Shown here: positions 38,685-52,046 of the stretch, in pieces
Position numbering within the stretch: the first letter of the stretch is position 1
Layout: each line of letters opens with the position of its first letter
From: Octopus bimaculoides
Lineage: Eukaryota
Direction: 5' to 3'
Assembly: GCF_001194135.2 (NCBI RefSeq)
Contig: NC_068994.1
Coordinates: 16,837,962 to 16,901,961 of the forward strand
DNA length: 64,000 nucleotides
Translations under genes and position numbers: made by a program
Notes under the pieces: generated by a model
What the model saw: the letters and a program-made list of their open reading frames with translations, nothing else
What the model was told of the DNA's origin: nothing
Database searches by the model: none

Positions 38685-39563
38685 CAAGGTGGTATCAAAA
38701 AGTTCCTGAACTAGTTCTGTAGCGCACCAACAGATGGCAGCACATGGTTGCATGCGCAGTGAGAGCTAGTCGTGACCTTCATGAGGCAGTATGCCAAGTG
38801 ACATTGCTGTGTTTACTTCGCAAGTTGTGAAATTTGTGTTTTTGTGATCACATGTATGCTGTAGTCTGCAATTTTGTCATGGACAGGAACAAAGAGCCAA
38901 CGTGAAATTTTGCATTAAACTTGGGAAGTCTGCTACAGAGACAGTGAACATGCTTCAGTAAGCTTATAGCAACGAGGCAAGGGGTCATATGAAATGTTTC
39001 GAGTGGCATGGGTGCTTCAAAAATGGAAGAACGTCCCTAGAAGACAGTGAGTAATCTGGAAGACCAGTCACAAATGTCACTTCCAGAAGTGTGGTAGTGT
39101 GCATTGAGAATTCATCCCCCAGGGCCAGACTGTTAACCAAGAGTTTTACTGTAACACTTTGAAGCATTTGAGAGAGGATATTCGGCAAAAGCGACCAGAT
39201 CTGTGGAGCACAAAGAATTGGCTTCTCCACAACAATGCACCGTCACAGAGGTCTCCTCACTTGTGAGTTTCTTGCCAAAAACCACATGGTGTCATTTCCG
39301 CACCAGCCCTATTCATCAAATTTAGCACCTGCAGACTTCTATCTCTTCTCCAAGATGAAAATGCAGCTCAAAGCTCACTGTTGTCGAGATCTAACTTGCT
39401 TATGGAAAAAGACTTCCAAGCCGGATTCCAAAAGTGGCAGGAATGCTGGGACCGGTGTATTGCTGTGCAAGGTGACCATTTCAAAGGAAATGATGTTAAA
39501 ACTTAGATAAATAAGTTATTTTCTATTAAACATAGAATCTGTGAACCTTTTGATACCACCTCG
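38685..39563 (+). mobile_element. Internally deleted mariner element in a STARD7 intron, 879 bp
   Basis: TA-flanked TIRs CAAGGTGGTATCAAAAAGTTC / GAACCTTTTGATACCACCTCG. Transposase fragments QRANVKFCIKLGKSATET, PQGQTVNQEFYC and PHQPYSSNLAPADFYLF. Confidence 0.92.
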
Positions 39564-40146
39564 TAGCTCAGTAGTGTGTTCAAATCCCACTGAATTCCTG
39601 GCCCATGATAATAACAAGATATATGACAAATTAATGCAGTCCATGTTAAACTCACTACACATGGGTAAAAAGAGAGTCATCTTAAGTTTAGAGGCAAGAA
39701 AGGAAAAGAATCTATCCATAAAATTTATTTTAATTTGCTAAGCCTGCAATGAAATATTGGTGTTACTAGTGCTACTACAACTACAATGGAAACTAATAAA
39801 ATCACAAAGAATGATATCCGTTCATTCGATATTTGTTTTTCCACACTTGCATGGAATACGTTATTTGATGCATTGTTTTACAGCCAGATGCCCTTCCTGA
39901 TGTTAAAACCTTTACTTGCTTTTCACGAAAGGGACCACTTATCCCTCAGAGTTTCAAATGTACAAAGTGCTAGGATGATTTCTTAAAAGGAGAAACCACT
40001 ACCGCTACCAAATTTTTGGACAAGTGATTGAAGATGAAAACAAACATGATGAATAATAGTTGACTAAGTGTGGGAACCATGAGCCAACAAGACAGTTTCT
40101 ACATGATTGTTAAATGTACAAGAAACAGCAGCCAATTATTCTTTAA

Positions 40147-40364
40147 CACTTTAGCATTCAAATTAGCTTGCCAAATGTAATGCTTATTTATCTACATTGT
40201 TTTGAATTAATCATGCATTATCTTGTAGCTTCAAGATTTCAATGAAGTGACTGTTTATTTTTAGTATGACATTGTAGGTTAAGTGTGAGAGGCTGGATCT
40301 GTCCAGTTTAAACAGTAAATTTTGGATATTTTGACCAGATATGGCTGGTCTGAATGCTAAAGGG
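40147..40364. mobile_element. piggyBac-type MITE (second family); related copy at 31697-31902
   Basis: TTAA|CACTTTAGCATTCA ... TGAATGCTAAAGGG|TTAA. Homologous internal sequence at 31.7 kb and partial copies at 22.8, 28.6 and 29.4 kb. Confidence 0.8.
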
Positions 40365-40540
40365 TTAACTTACATTCTACTATCCTAAAAGAAAGAAGAC
40401 ACTGAACAATTTAGTCTGAATATAGAAAAAAAAAGACAGGATAGTAATGGGTGTAATTTCTTTGATTATAGATCTGCATGATCAGGACAACAAGACATTT
40501 TGTCACACATATGTAATTGTTAAAATATGATTCAACTAAC

Positions 40541-40686
40541 CTTTGTACTGATAGAGATGAGAATTTTCAATTGGTTTACGCCATACCTCGAGATTGGGCT
40601 GATCTATCACTTTTTGCCAGTTCAAAGCTTTAAGTTCTTTTGAGGACATGTGTTTGAGATTAGCTGAAGAGATGTCTTCAGCTACA
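40541..40686 (-). CDS. STARD7: STARD7 coding exon 3 (VAEDISS...WQKVIDQPNLEVWRKPIENSHLYQYK)
   Basis: Long polypyrimidine tract and aaCAG acceptor, G|GTTAGT donor. 146 nt. Start of the START domain (W....D......WR.PI..HLYQY). Confidence 0.93.
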
Positions 40687-42409
40687 CTGTTAAGAAAAAA
40701 AAAAAAGAAAAGAATAGACAGACACATCAGAAATCTAGCAGCAAGTTACTGAAGTCAAAGAAGTACCTTAAATATCAGGGATGGGGGACTTTTTGTCAGA
40801 GAGGGGGAACATTTTGCCAGGGATGAAATTTCACATGCATTCAAATTTAAACTTGTCTGTTAATGAAATCTGCCAGAAACTTATATAATAATAATAATCC
40901 TTTCTACTATAGGCACAAGGCCTGACATTTTGGGGGAGGGAGGGCTAGTCAATTACATTGATCCCAGTGCCAAACTGGTGCTTATTTTATTGACTCCAAA
41001 TGGATGAAAGGCAAAGTCAACCATAGCAGAATTTGAACTCAGAATGTGAAGCAGATGAAATGCTGCTAAGCATTCAGCCAGCTTGCTGCCTTACATAATA
41101 ATATGTTGTATACAGTGCTTGAATGCACTACAACTCATCAAAAAAAGTAGCCAAAATTGCATGAACAGTACATAGAATATGCACAGGAAATGAACAGTGA
41201 ATAAGTCTTAAAAAAAAAAAAAAAGAAATGGGGTTGGGGGTATTAGGTGTACTTTTGGCAAATTTCAGGAAGCATGAAAGTTTTGAAGGATGAAGTGTCT
41301 CGACAGCTAACAACTGATGCAAGTAGTTTATTCCATATGGCCTAAGGCATAAGAGCAAAACAGTAATTTAATATAGGTTACAGCATCATCATTTAACATC
41401 TGTTTTCCATACTGGCAAGGGTTGGATGGTTTGACAAGATCTGACAAGTTGCAGAGCTGCATCAGGCTCCAGTGTCAGCATTGGCATAGTTTCAAGGGCT
41501 AAATGTCCTTCCTAACACCAGCCATGCTACAGCATGTACTGAGTGCTTTTTGTGACACTAGCACAAGTGAGGTCACCAAATAACTTGCAAGACAAAAAAA
41601 AAAGGGAAAGAAAAAGACTCCTTGATTGAGTCGAAGAATATTTGAGTGAAGGGGAGGTGGCTTCAGGCTAGGTGTTGGTAGGTAAAGTATGATAGAGTGA
41701 CAAGCACAGATGTATTGCTATAGAGAAGATACATTGCTACTCAACATTGAGAGGGTGGATGAAAGTGGTTGGAAGAGAGATAAAGATGGTGGTGACAGGA
41801 TGCCAGAGCATACTCTCAAGGTACAAGAAAGTGAATATAAAGGAGAAAGTAGACAGTGGATCAAGAGGAAAGAAAAGGGTGGGTAATTTCATAGGAGTAA
41901 AGGGAGTGGCAGATGGTTAGAGATTGGGCAAATAGAGGAAATAGTGAGATGAAAAGGGATGTAGGGGAGATGAAAGTGGCCCAGGAAAAAGGAGGTGAAA
42001 AGATGAAATATAGGAGGTATGGAGAGCAGCAGTATCATAAATCTGTAGATAGATCAGAAAGTAGGGAGATGATGTGCAAGGTGTGAGAGTGGAGGTGGGG
42101 ATGAACAGTAGAGGAGATGGAGGTCAGAACTACATGGGGAAGGCTACACTGAATGGGGTAACACATCTGTGAATGTGTGGACGTCAATGGTGGGTATGAG
42201 AGTGTGTTGAAAATGATAGCAAATAGGAAAGGTTTTAAAGACACTGTTCTATGCAAATAATGCCTGGATGTTCTGGTACTATGGGTTATTTTGACTGACA
42301 AAACAGAGATGTAAATAACAGCTGCTTTGATTAGCCATTTTGAATCCTGCCCAAGACTGATACACTTCAATAACCACTAAATAATCACACACACTTTTTC
42401 CATTTTATT

Positions 42410-42995
42410 TTCACTATTAACCATCCTCGTGACCCCCTTCATATCTATGATGGGGACACGAAGTATATGATAAAAATCCAGCATTATTTGTGGTTGGTGA
42501 ATTTTTAATAAAAATGCAAAGGTGGTTTATCAATTCAAAAATCCACAAAATAATCATACTTTCTGATTTTTTAATGCTAAAAAAACTTCCTGATGACCAT
42601 CTTTGTAATCCAGAAAAATATAACCACTGGTCCAGCTGTCTGGCCGTCAAGAGGGAACAGACAAAGAGACGGACAGATAGACATAATGCCCATTATAGTA
42701 AGATAGCCAATCTGCCCATCTATGATGGGAAATAAAGGGATAGTACTGCAAATCTAAACTCTCTAAATTCATGAATTATACTGGGGCAGGGGGTCCAGAG
42801 TTAATCCTTGTTGCTGGAATTTTAACAAAAAAAAAAGTGATTTATTAATACAAAACTCAATATTCACATTTTTCACTAAAAACCTTGATAAATTCCTTCG
42901 TAATCCCCAAAAATATCGTGACCATTGGTCCAACCATTTGACTGTGAAGAGGAAACAGACAGACAGAAAGACATAACGCCCATTATAGTAAGATT
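42410..42995 (+). mobile_element. Tandem pair of related elements ending (GACA)n...GCCCATTATAGTAAGAT (Helitron/HINE-like?)
   Basis: Two similar units (about 42410-42705 and 42780-42995) share the ending acagacagac..cataaYgcccattatagtaagat. The superfamily assignment is inference. Confidence 0.35.
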
Positions 42996-44714
42996 TATAG
43001 TAAGAGAATGTTAATTGCCAAGTTAGATTCAAAGTCATGATCAACCAATATACTGTGAGTTGCCTACTTCATATGAAAAAGACAGGAAGAGCATGCATGT
43101 TTACTTGTTATATATTAGTTTTTCATTTTTTTCCTCAAGTGGGGTGTAATGCAGTTACAGACCAGCATCCTAACCATATAATCATCATCATTTAACATCC
43201 ATTTTCCAGCTGGTATGGGTTGGACAGCTTGACAGGAACTGGCAAGGCCAGGAGCCGCACCAGGTTTCATTGTCTGTTTTAGTTTGGTTTCTAAGGCTGG
43301 ATGCATTCCTTAACACCAACCACTTTACAAAGTGTATTGGGTGCTTTTTATGCAGCACCAGCATCAGTGCTATTAAAAGAACATCAGAACTATAAAAATC
43401 TGCAAGAGTAGTGCTTACTTTAGTACCTGTTTAGTGATGCCTAGGTTTTAAGTTCATATCCATAACATGTAGTTTGTTGTCTATAATGCTAGGTTATTCT
43501 ACATGCCTCACAACTCATCTACTGGTAGATGCTCAATATGGATAATTACTTATGATAAACTGACATTCTTTCCTGGAAGAGAATTATCTCAAATACGTTT
43601 AAAAAAAAAAACGAAACATTTCTCTCTGAATAAGAAAGTTTATTGCAGATAACATACTGTGCTAGATAAACTGAATTTCTATACAGTTGCTCAAGCATAC
43701 CATACTGTCTTAGAAATAAAAAAAAATAAAAAGATACACAGGATATAATAGTTTGAGGTACACAGCTTAAAAAAAAAATCGATAGGATGATCACAGCTTC
43801 AATGCTTTTGATCACAGGACTGCTCAATCAGGCCTCCCTTGGAGTTAAACAACAACAAACTGAGTGTAAATAATATAAGCTTTGTAACACTTGTACAATA
43901 TTCACACAGCCACTTTGTAAATGTAAATGCTCCTGATAGAGTGAGAATTTTAAGGGCTGATGTTTGACAGTGTTAATGAAGGACAGCTAAATTTTAGCCC
44001 TTTTGCTTGATGGGAAGCTGGTCTATCTCATGTAACATTCCCAGGTAATCTGGTGCATATTCACAATAGCTAGGTGAAGTGAACTGACACATACCGACTT
44101 AAGTGTCCTGTTCAGTATTATAAGGAAATGCTGGTAGTTGATCAGAACCCAAGAACCATATGTTGAGAATCTGTTACTACATCCCCTAAGCCGTTTTGCT
44201 TCCACACAGTATAGTTCTGATTTCTTGGTATTGAACAGATGTAAGATAAATCTCTTCCTGGAAAGAATGTAGGTTTATCACAAGTAAGTATCCAAATTGA
44301 GTAAGTACAGTTTGGTGAGCTGTGAAGCATGTAGAATAAGGTAACCTGGCCAAAAATACAACAAAGTACATGTAAAGGATACGAACTTAAAACCTTGAAT
44401 TTGCTAGTCTAATCCAACACCACTCCACTTGACAATTTTGCTCTGAGCCAACGAAGAGGTCTATGTAACTGCACAGCCTATAAGAAAGAGCAACCAAATT
44501 TTATTCAAATCATGCCCTACTGCATTGAAAAAGAACATATTGGAAAATGTAATCTTAGAAGCACTATGTCAAAAAAGATGGGATGGTCACGAGTGGAATG
44601 TCTTCGGTTACAGCTCTGCTTAATCAGGGCTGATCTGGGAAACTCCAACAACTTTGCTTATATTCATTGGTCCTTTAGCTCCTGCAAACAACATGGTCAT
44701 AACAAGCTACTCAC

Positions 44715-45043
44715 CGTTGCATCTCTTCATCTGTTATTCGGTATTTGTCCCATGAAAACACTGAAGCACTCAAAAGGAATCCTAAAGATTTGTTTGATGT
44801 ATGTTTCAAGATGGTGTTGCGAAGTTTTGTAAGCATGTGCACCAGAGACTTCTGGTCATAGAGTCGGCTGTAGAGATTAGAAATCTGCAGTGCACGGCGG
44901 ACCCGCTGGGCAACAATGGCATGGCACTGTTTGGCAAAATGTGTGCTGAGAATGTCCAGCTGAGCATTTGCTTTCTCAGACAGCTTGCGAAACAGAGAGA
45001 CAGCAGTGTTTGTTCGGCAAGAGAGGGTTGTTGCAGTATGTGA
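44715..45043 (-). CDS. STARD7: STARD7 coding exon 2 (...AKQCHAIVAQRVRRALQISNLYSRLY...VFSWDKYRITDEEMQR)
   Basis: tttCAG acceptor and CG|GTGAGT donor. 329 nt open frame. Matches the STARD7-specific QC..RVRRA.QI..LY.RLY and VF.WD..RI.EE.QR motifs. Confidence 0.93.
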
Positions 45044-48000
45044 CTGAAATAGAGGAAAGAAAATTTTAAAAAAATGAAAAATGAAATAAATAAAAATACA
45101 TCATCAATAGGAAAGTAATATACAAAGTACAGAAGGACGACCTCAGAAGGCTGAACCTTTCAGATGAGATGATAAAGGACAGAGATACCTGGTGCCTTGC
45201 TGTATTCAAGACCCATCTTCCACAGCAGAAGTGTTAAGGTCGCATTCTCTAGTGAAGAGGATTCCTGCAAGAGTCCTGTGCTGGTACCATGTAAAATGTA
45301 CTCGTGCTGGTGCTCGTGCCAGTGCCACATTGAAAGCACCCAGTATACACTGTAAAGTGGTTGGTGTTAGGAAAGGCATCCAGCCATAGAAACCAAACCA
45401 AATCAGACTGGAACTTGGTGTAGCTCTCTGGTCAAACTGTCCAACCCATGCCAGCATGGGAAATAGACATTAAAGGATGATGATAATGATGATAATAAAT
45501 TTTATACCAGTATAAAGAGGTAAATTAGAATTTGAGACAGTTGTGTTTTTGTCAAGGGTTTTATCAAACAACAAACTAATTTAATGTTAATTAATTCTAT
45601 ATACCTTTCACAAATAATTCGCTAACTTTAAAACAAAAATCAGAAAATAAGATAACAAAGGATCTATATGGTCAATCCCTCTGCTAGAAATGGCAACCAA
45701 ATCTTCCTCAATAATAACTTTCAGATTTGAAATAAAAGAAATGAAACAATGGATAATGTAGGCCTACAGAGATAATGTCCGGAAAAAAATTTTAAGATGG
45801 GATGGTCACTGCTGCAATATATTTGATAAGAATTGACTTAGAGCTAAACAACTAGAAAATTGTGCTTTATTTTATTTACACAAGATACATGACACATCTT
45901 TACCAACATAACTATCTCCTCTTTCTCTCCATCTAAGGTAGCTATGTTTCTCCTCTACTACAAGACACCTCCTCAATACTACTCCTCTCGAAGGAGCTTT
46001 TTTTGCAAGTTACTTGGTGATCTAACTGTTGCTAGTGCCACATAAAAAGTACCCAGTACACTCTGTAAAGTGGTGGCATGTGTTAGGATGTCCAGCTGTA
46101 GAAACCATGCTAAGGCAGAGATTAGAACATGATGCAGTCTTCTGACTTACCAGTTCCTGTCAAATTGCCCAACCTATGCCAATATAGAAAGCAGACATTA
46201 AATGACAACAGATGCTGCCATGCAAAAGCATCAGTACTGGTAGCACATTCAAAGCACCCAGCATACTCTGTAAAGAGGCTGGCATTAGGAAGAGTATCCA
46301 GCCATAGAAACTATGCCAAAGCAGACAGTTGGAGCCTGGACAGCTCCTGTCAAACTGTCCAACCCATGCCAGCATGGAAAATGTATGTCAAACAATGATG
46401 ATGATGAAGAAAGACTTTCTAAAATTTTAAGTTGTTTAGCCAGAGGAGGACAGGTAAAATCCATTATTATTTTCAGAGCCTCCAAGACTGGTAGAACTTA
46501 TCTTCAGATTAAAGATCCAGTCCAAGTGGACTCTACTGGATGATCATGGATAGAATGCCTTTGATTAATGGTCTGCAGGATTACTTCTGGTAAGATGCTA
46601 ATCAACACAAGTAAGTTATCTCTGAAAAACAGGCATATTATCCAGCAGACATAGAGAGAGTGAATTATCTCTCATTTTAACCTAAGATTCACGAAAATCT
46701 GTGGCTCATAGAATAATTTATTCTGTTGTCCTCAGTTAAGAAAATAAAATCTATAATCTAAGACATTCCAGCCATGACATCCCTAATTTTCCCCAGGCAT
46801 AGTGTATTCAGGAACACAACATCCAGTGCATCTTTCTTTTCTAATAACATCCATCATATCACACCTTTAGAAAAAGAGTGTGATGTGAGGGAGATATAGC
46901 TGTTATTTCAAGCAACTCAAATGACTTTGTTATTGGCTTTAATTATTACAGTAGTGGAGTGGTAAAAATGATAGTGATGTCTCAACACTCTGAATTCAGA
47001 GATGTTGAAATTAGCTTTATTTTAACTGCAGATTGGTGTGTGCTAGCTATTTTACTTACACTATCAATGCTTTCTGAAAAAGCATGAATATCATAGTTCC
47101 TATTTCCCACATGGCTGGTCATCAGCTGAATCTATTTATTGCACAAGTGTATAAGATAGATGAATATTAGAATAATATTCTAAAATATTCAAGAGAGATC
47201 AATAGCTTGGCTCTGATCACCTTACAGGATTTAAATACACTTTCCATTGCCTCACATGGCTAAGGGAGTACCACTCTTTGAAAGAAACCACTTCCATTTT
47301 AGAATGAATTTACGCTGAAATCTTATGGAAACAACAGATCTTCACTCACTGATAAACATTAAAAATTGATCTCTGATTACATCTGAATCTACTTTCTGCA
47401 CTCAAATCTCAATTTGCTTTTATTTTTGAATCTTGTGCAAAGATATGCAAGACATTTTCATTCTGAGTATTGCTTTACTATGGAAATTGTCTACTGTTTT
47501 TATTCACAAACCTTTAAACTTAGAAAACTTCGACTTTTCATTCCTCCTCGGAAAGTAATTAGCTGGATGAACAAATATACTTCTATCGATACTTATTATG
47601 CCTTGTTCCTTCTGCGAAGTCTAACTTTATTTATACATGCTAATCTAACTTGACTTATCTCTACTTTCATACTTTATACAGTTAACTCTAGATGGTTTTC
47701 CCACTCAACATATTCACAAACTATGATATATAACATATGCAACATAACCTGATTATCTCGTCTGCGTTGAGTTTTCTTTTTTTGTTATACCACTAGAGGA
47801 ATTTCTCTTCTGTCCTTGACCAAAGTACTAAACTTTTGCATATTGCAGTTAACTTTATTGCTTGCAATATCTAACTACTTGTACACTTTCCAATAACAGT
47901 TGGTTAATGAAAGCAACGAGAGTGACTGTATTCAGTCAGCAGCTAATGCATGCAAGTATTGTAGGAATAGATATCGAAATTCACTGCACAAAGCAGTGAA

Positions 48001-49879
48001 ATCACAGTGTAATGTTGAGATAGTGGAATAAATAGTCTGCCATTTGATAAGGAAAATTCTTAAACATCAACTTTGCACATAGTTTGACAGCACACAGATG
48101 CTTAATTTTTGAAATGTATAAATAAATGCGATTGTAAAGTGTGATAATCTACGAACCTCAAAGTACCAAAGCTTATTTAATTCGAATATTTAATTTAAAT
48201 AATTGGTAAGCAAGCTTCAAGGAAGATGTGAAATATAAATAGTAATTAACCAAAAGGTTCCGGAAAATATATGGTCCATGAAAGAAGAAGAAGAAAAAAC
48301 ACACACACATACATGCTTATTTAATAATAGCATGGGAAGATAAATGTCAAATGTGGTGATACTAGTGAATAGTCAACTAATTCTCTTTCTTCGTGTAGTA
48401 CACCTACCGATACTATATAAATTGCAGAAATAAAATAAATAGAATCACAGTTTAATGTTTCCTTGCGAGTTATACCAAGGTTAAAGTCAAATCAATTGCT
48501 TCTTCAGTACATGTCCTTCGTCTCAGGCAGGGCATTGTTTCAGAAATACACAGCGGTCCCCTTATTAACCACAATTTCTGGAGGTTTAGAAGAATATTGC
48601 TTTATTAGCACTTGCAAACAAAAACAATTAACACAGTAATTTATCATGTAAATTCAATTTTTGTTTCTCAAGAACATGTTCCAAGTGGTACTATGATATG
48701 ATAAACCAACTTAGCTACTCTACAGTTGCTACCAAAAACTAAATAACTGACCTCTCGTATAGTGTTGAATCAAGGAACGAAAACTCTAGAAACAGTAGCT
48801 AAATCTCCTTCAATTTATGCCCAACCATTTTTTAAAAAACGAAGGATGATGTCGTCTTGGATACATAAAAGATAAAAGGAATAGTAACGACAGGAACGTC
48901 TTTGATTAAATCAAAAGTCTTCTCGATCGGGGCTGATCTGGACCGAAACTACAACTAGATTGTATTTTATAGCAAGATGTATTATCAAACAATGAGTTAG
49001 TAGTTAGTTTTATCTTACTTAGTTATCAGTTGCTCTAAAAGGATCAGTGAAAGATTATAAATATATATAAGATATTACAGGCAATAAAGACAAAAGGAAC
49101 CAGTTTTTGAACTAGCAAGTTTTCCACAGTAAAATACTATGATGTTGAAACATAAGATGCCCTTTCCACGTGCAATTTTTATGTAGCAACTGGGTCAAAG
49201 CATATAAATTGCATGCAACAATTTATATTAATAATAAATAACATCGAAACCTTCTCTCACACACACGTGGGTATGTAACTATATATCGCCTATATATATA
49301 TGTTCGAGTGTGTATACACACCCACCGGCATATATACAATACTATATATCATATAAACATAACTAAACAGTTGATACAATGATCTCCATGCATAGAGGAC
49401 AATTCTTTTAATTAACACTATCCTTCGGTTTTGAATTTGTATTTTAACGTGGTTTTGTATTATATATTAATCATATACATACGTGTTATATATGTAATAA
49501 AATACAAGTCAACAGACTATCCTATAAAAAAAAATTATGTAATGCCGTTATAAATGAAAAAAACTAATGCAAAATACTATAGGACTCAAGTCAGAAACAA
49601 ATGCCTTATGTGGCGAGTGTAACTAACTTGAATCTCAGCTGCTTTTTTAACTGGCACTTAAGTTCGTTGATTGTACATAACAAAGGCTCTAAGAAGTTCA
49701 CATCGCTAGAATATAAACTCTAGATCCCTTAGATTGTAGATCGAAAGATAAGTTATAATTGTATAATAATCGAGATGGTCATATTGTAAATTTAATCTAT
49801 AATAGTATACATACTCTCTATGTGTTGCACAGAAACAATGAAACATCAAATAATCAATCGAAAAAATTTGTTAACTCAC

Positions 49880-49984
49880 CTGTTTTATAATACTTGCGCT
49901 CAAAACTTTGGTGAGGATGGACGAGCGGATCAGATGGGTAAAAACTGTCCGCATACCCAGTCTTATGTGTTCTGGTGAAGACAT
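49880..49984 (-). CDS. STARD7: STARD7 (StAR-related lipid transfer protein 7, mitochondrial) coding exon 1 (MSSPEHIRLGMRTVFTHLIRSSILTKVLSASIIKQ)
   Basis: accATG start and CAG|GTGAGT donor. 105 nt, phase 0. R/S/L/I-rich with one acidic residue, like a mitochondrial presequence. Confidence 0.75.
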
Positions 49985-50429
49985 GGTGTTTTAAAAGAGA
50001 ATGGTAACTAATTGTTCGTCATAGACAAAGTTCTTTCCTCGATGTTGGAAGGATCGGTAACAGAAAATAAAAAAATGAGCGTGTAGAAAGATGAGGGGGA
50101 AAACCACGACTTGAAAAACGCAAAAGAACCGTTCAACAGATTTGAGGAGGGACAAAGTTTGTAGTTGTCGATGAGGTGAAAAGTGATCAATGGAAAAAGG
50201 GGAGGGATAGAGGAAAGAGAAAAAGGAGTCTACATGGCGCTTATCAGGAGTCTGATGTGCCGGTATCCACAGAACACACCACCACTATGAGCATGAAGTG
50301 ATCACCAAACCAAACTACTACTACCTTAAATCCAGCACAAGGTAAACGTGACCAGCACTTGAATAAAAAAAAATAACGACGAGCTACAGGCTAAACCAAG
50401 CGATACTCACACGCATGTCGAGTATCGAT

Positions 50430-50600
50430 TGTAATGTCTCTTCTTTCTCTTCCTCTCACTATTTGTTCCCTTCTTTCTCCCTCTCTCACTATTATCCTTC
50501 TTTTCTCCCTCTCTCACTATTATCGTTCTTTTCTCCCACTTCACTATTTTCCCTCTCACTACTTCTCCCTCTTTTTTTCTGCTTCCTCACTTTCAGTTTT
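50430..50600. repeat. Polypyrimidine/polypurine low-complexity repeat with recurring CTCTCACTA unit, upstream of STARD7
   Basis: ctctcactat/ttcactat recurs about 6 times at irregular spacing. Confidence 0.7.
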
Positions 50601-52046
50601 TCTCCTCTTGCTGATAGTTATTTTCGTTAGTCTTTCTCTTTATATTTTCCTCCGTTCACTGCTATTTCTCTCTTTTTTATTTATAATATATTTATATAAG
50701 CTAACCATTTCGTTTATATATTTCATTTCTTTTGATCAAATTACGTTTGTAAGTAGGAATAAAATCAAGACAATGTCGTTACGATCATATTAAAGTCACT
50801 TTGCAATACTACTTAAGATATTTTATCGATCTCGCTTATGAAGAAAAGTTGAATGGTAAAAATTTGGCTCTGGATAACATCCGGAATGAGAAAGATGTAT
50901 TTTAAAAGTTGAAGTGTTATAACAAACACTCCTGCATCAGACTCAGTATGCAGCCGTCTCTATTCAAGGTCATCATTACACACGAGTAATTCACATGCAT
51001 GAATTCTTGCCTCGTTATGTAGTAAGCCATCTCCAAACCCCAAATGTAAACAAAATTGAATTGGTTACCGATAAGGAAAATCAATATACATAACAATATA
51101 AGTGAATGTAGATAAGGACATTTTATTTTCGTTACATTTACAAATCTACAGCTCAACTGTGTGTTAACATTTACTGAGACGTGGATTATCGTGTTGGTAA
51201 CTTGGTTTCCAGGCCTTAGTACTGGGTGTCTTTTTGTTTTCGGTTCTTAGCTCCGATGAGAATTATTTGTCAAAAACATTCACGTCAGTAACCATTTACA
51301 TTGTATTGTATAGCGATTTGGGAAAAAAAGTTTTTGCTTTCGTTTTTCTAGAATTTTATAATACTGTTGCCAGAGTTTCATACTATCCAACTATCTTCAG
51401 AATTATTACTTATTTACAATAAGCATATCATATACATTAAGTTCTATCTTGTTTGAATATAACACAGAAAGTTTTCAACGCCACACTAAAACTTTATCTA
51501 TTTTGGCTTTGGATTGACTACCATTTAAAAAAAAAATGTTTGTATTTAGTTTGTTAGCAACTGAAATGATACTAAGTAAATGGCTAGATTTTTTTTTCTG
51601 CAGCAAGTACAGAGGAATATTTCAGACATCTATATGTGATCGATCGCATCATCAGTGAAAGTTTTGGCCGAAGGATTGGCCAACGAGTTTCTAAGAAAAT
51701 ATATAGAAATATTTATTTGCTGGTGCATAAAAACAGAGTGAAGTGATTCCGATTTTCGTTTCAAATCGTTATATGTTGACATATTTTTTATATGCGGCTG
51801 CATGGATTAAAAACTTCAAATCTATAAATGTAAATAGTAGAGTGAGTGTTAACATATTGAATATAGTGAGTCATAAAAGAGTTTGACTATCAAACAGAAA
51901 GAAAGCGTTATGTTGATGACTAATTCTGGTCAAAGAGGCAGGCGAGAGGCAACACGTGATTTATATTAATTTGAAATAGAATGCACCGAGGCGGGTTCTT
52001 TGACTGTACAACACTTTACTGCAGGAATGTTGAACTTAAGTTTGCA

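Noticed and set aside
50221-50400. GC-richer unique segment upstream of STARD7, considered as a snoRNA or snRNA
   Set aside because: No convincing C/D, H/ACA or Sm-site architecture. More likely 5' UTR, intron or promoter.
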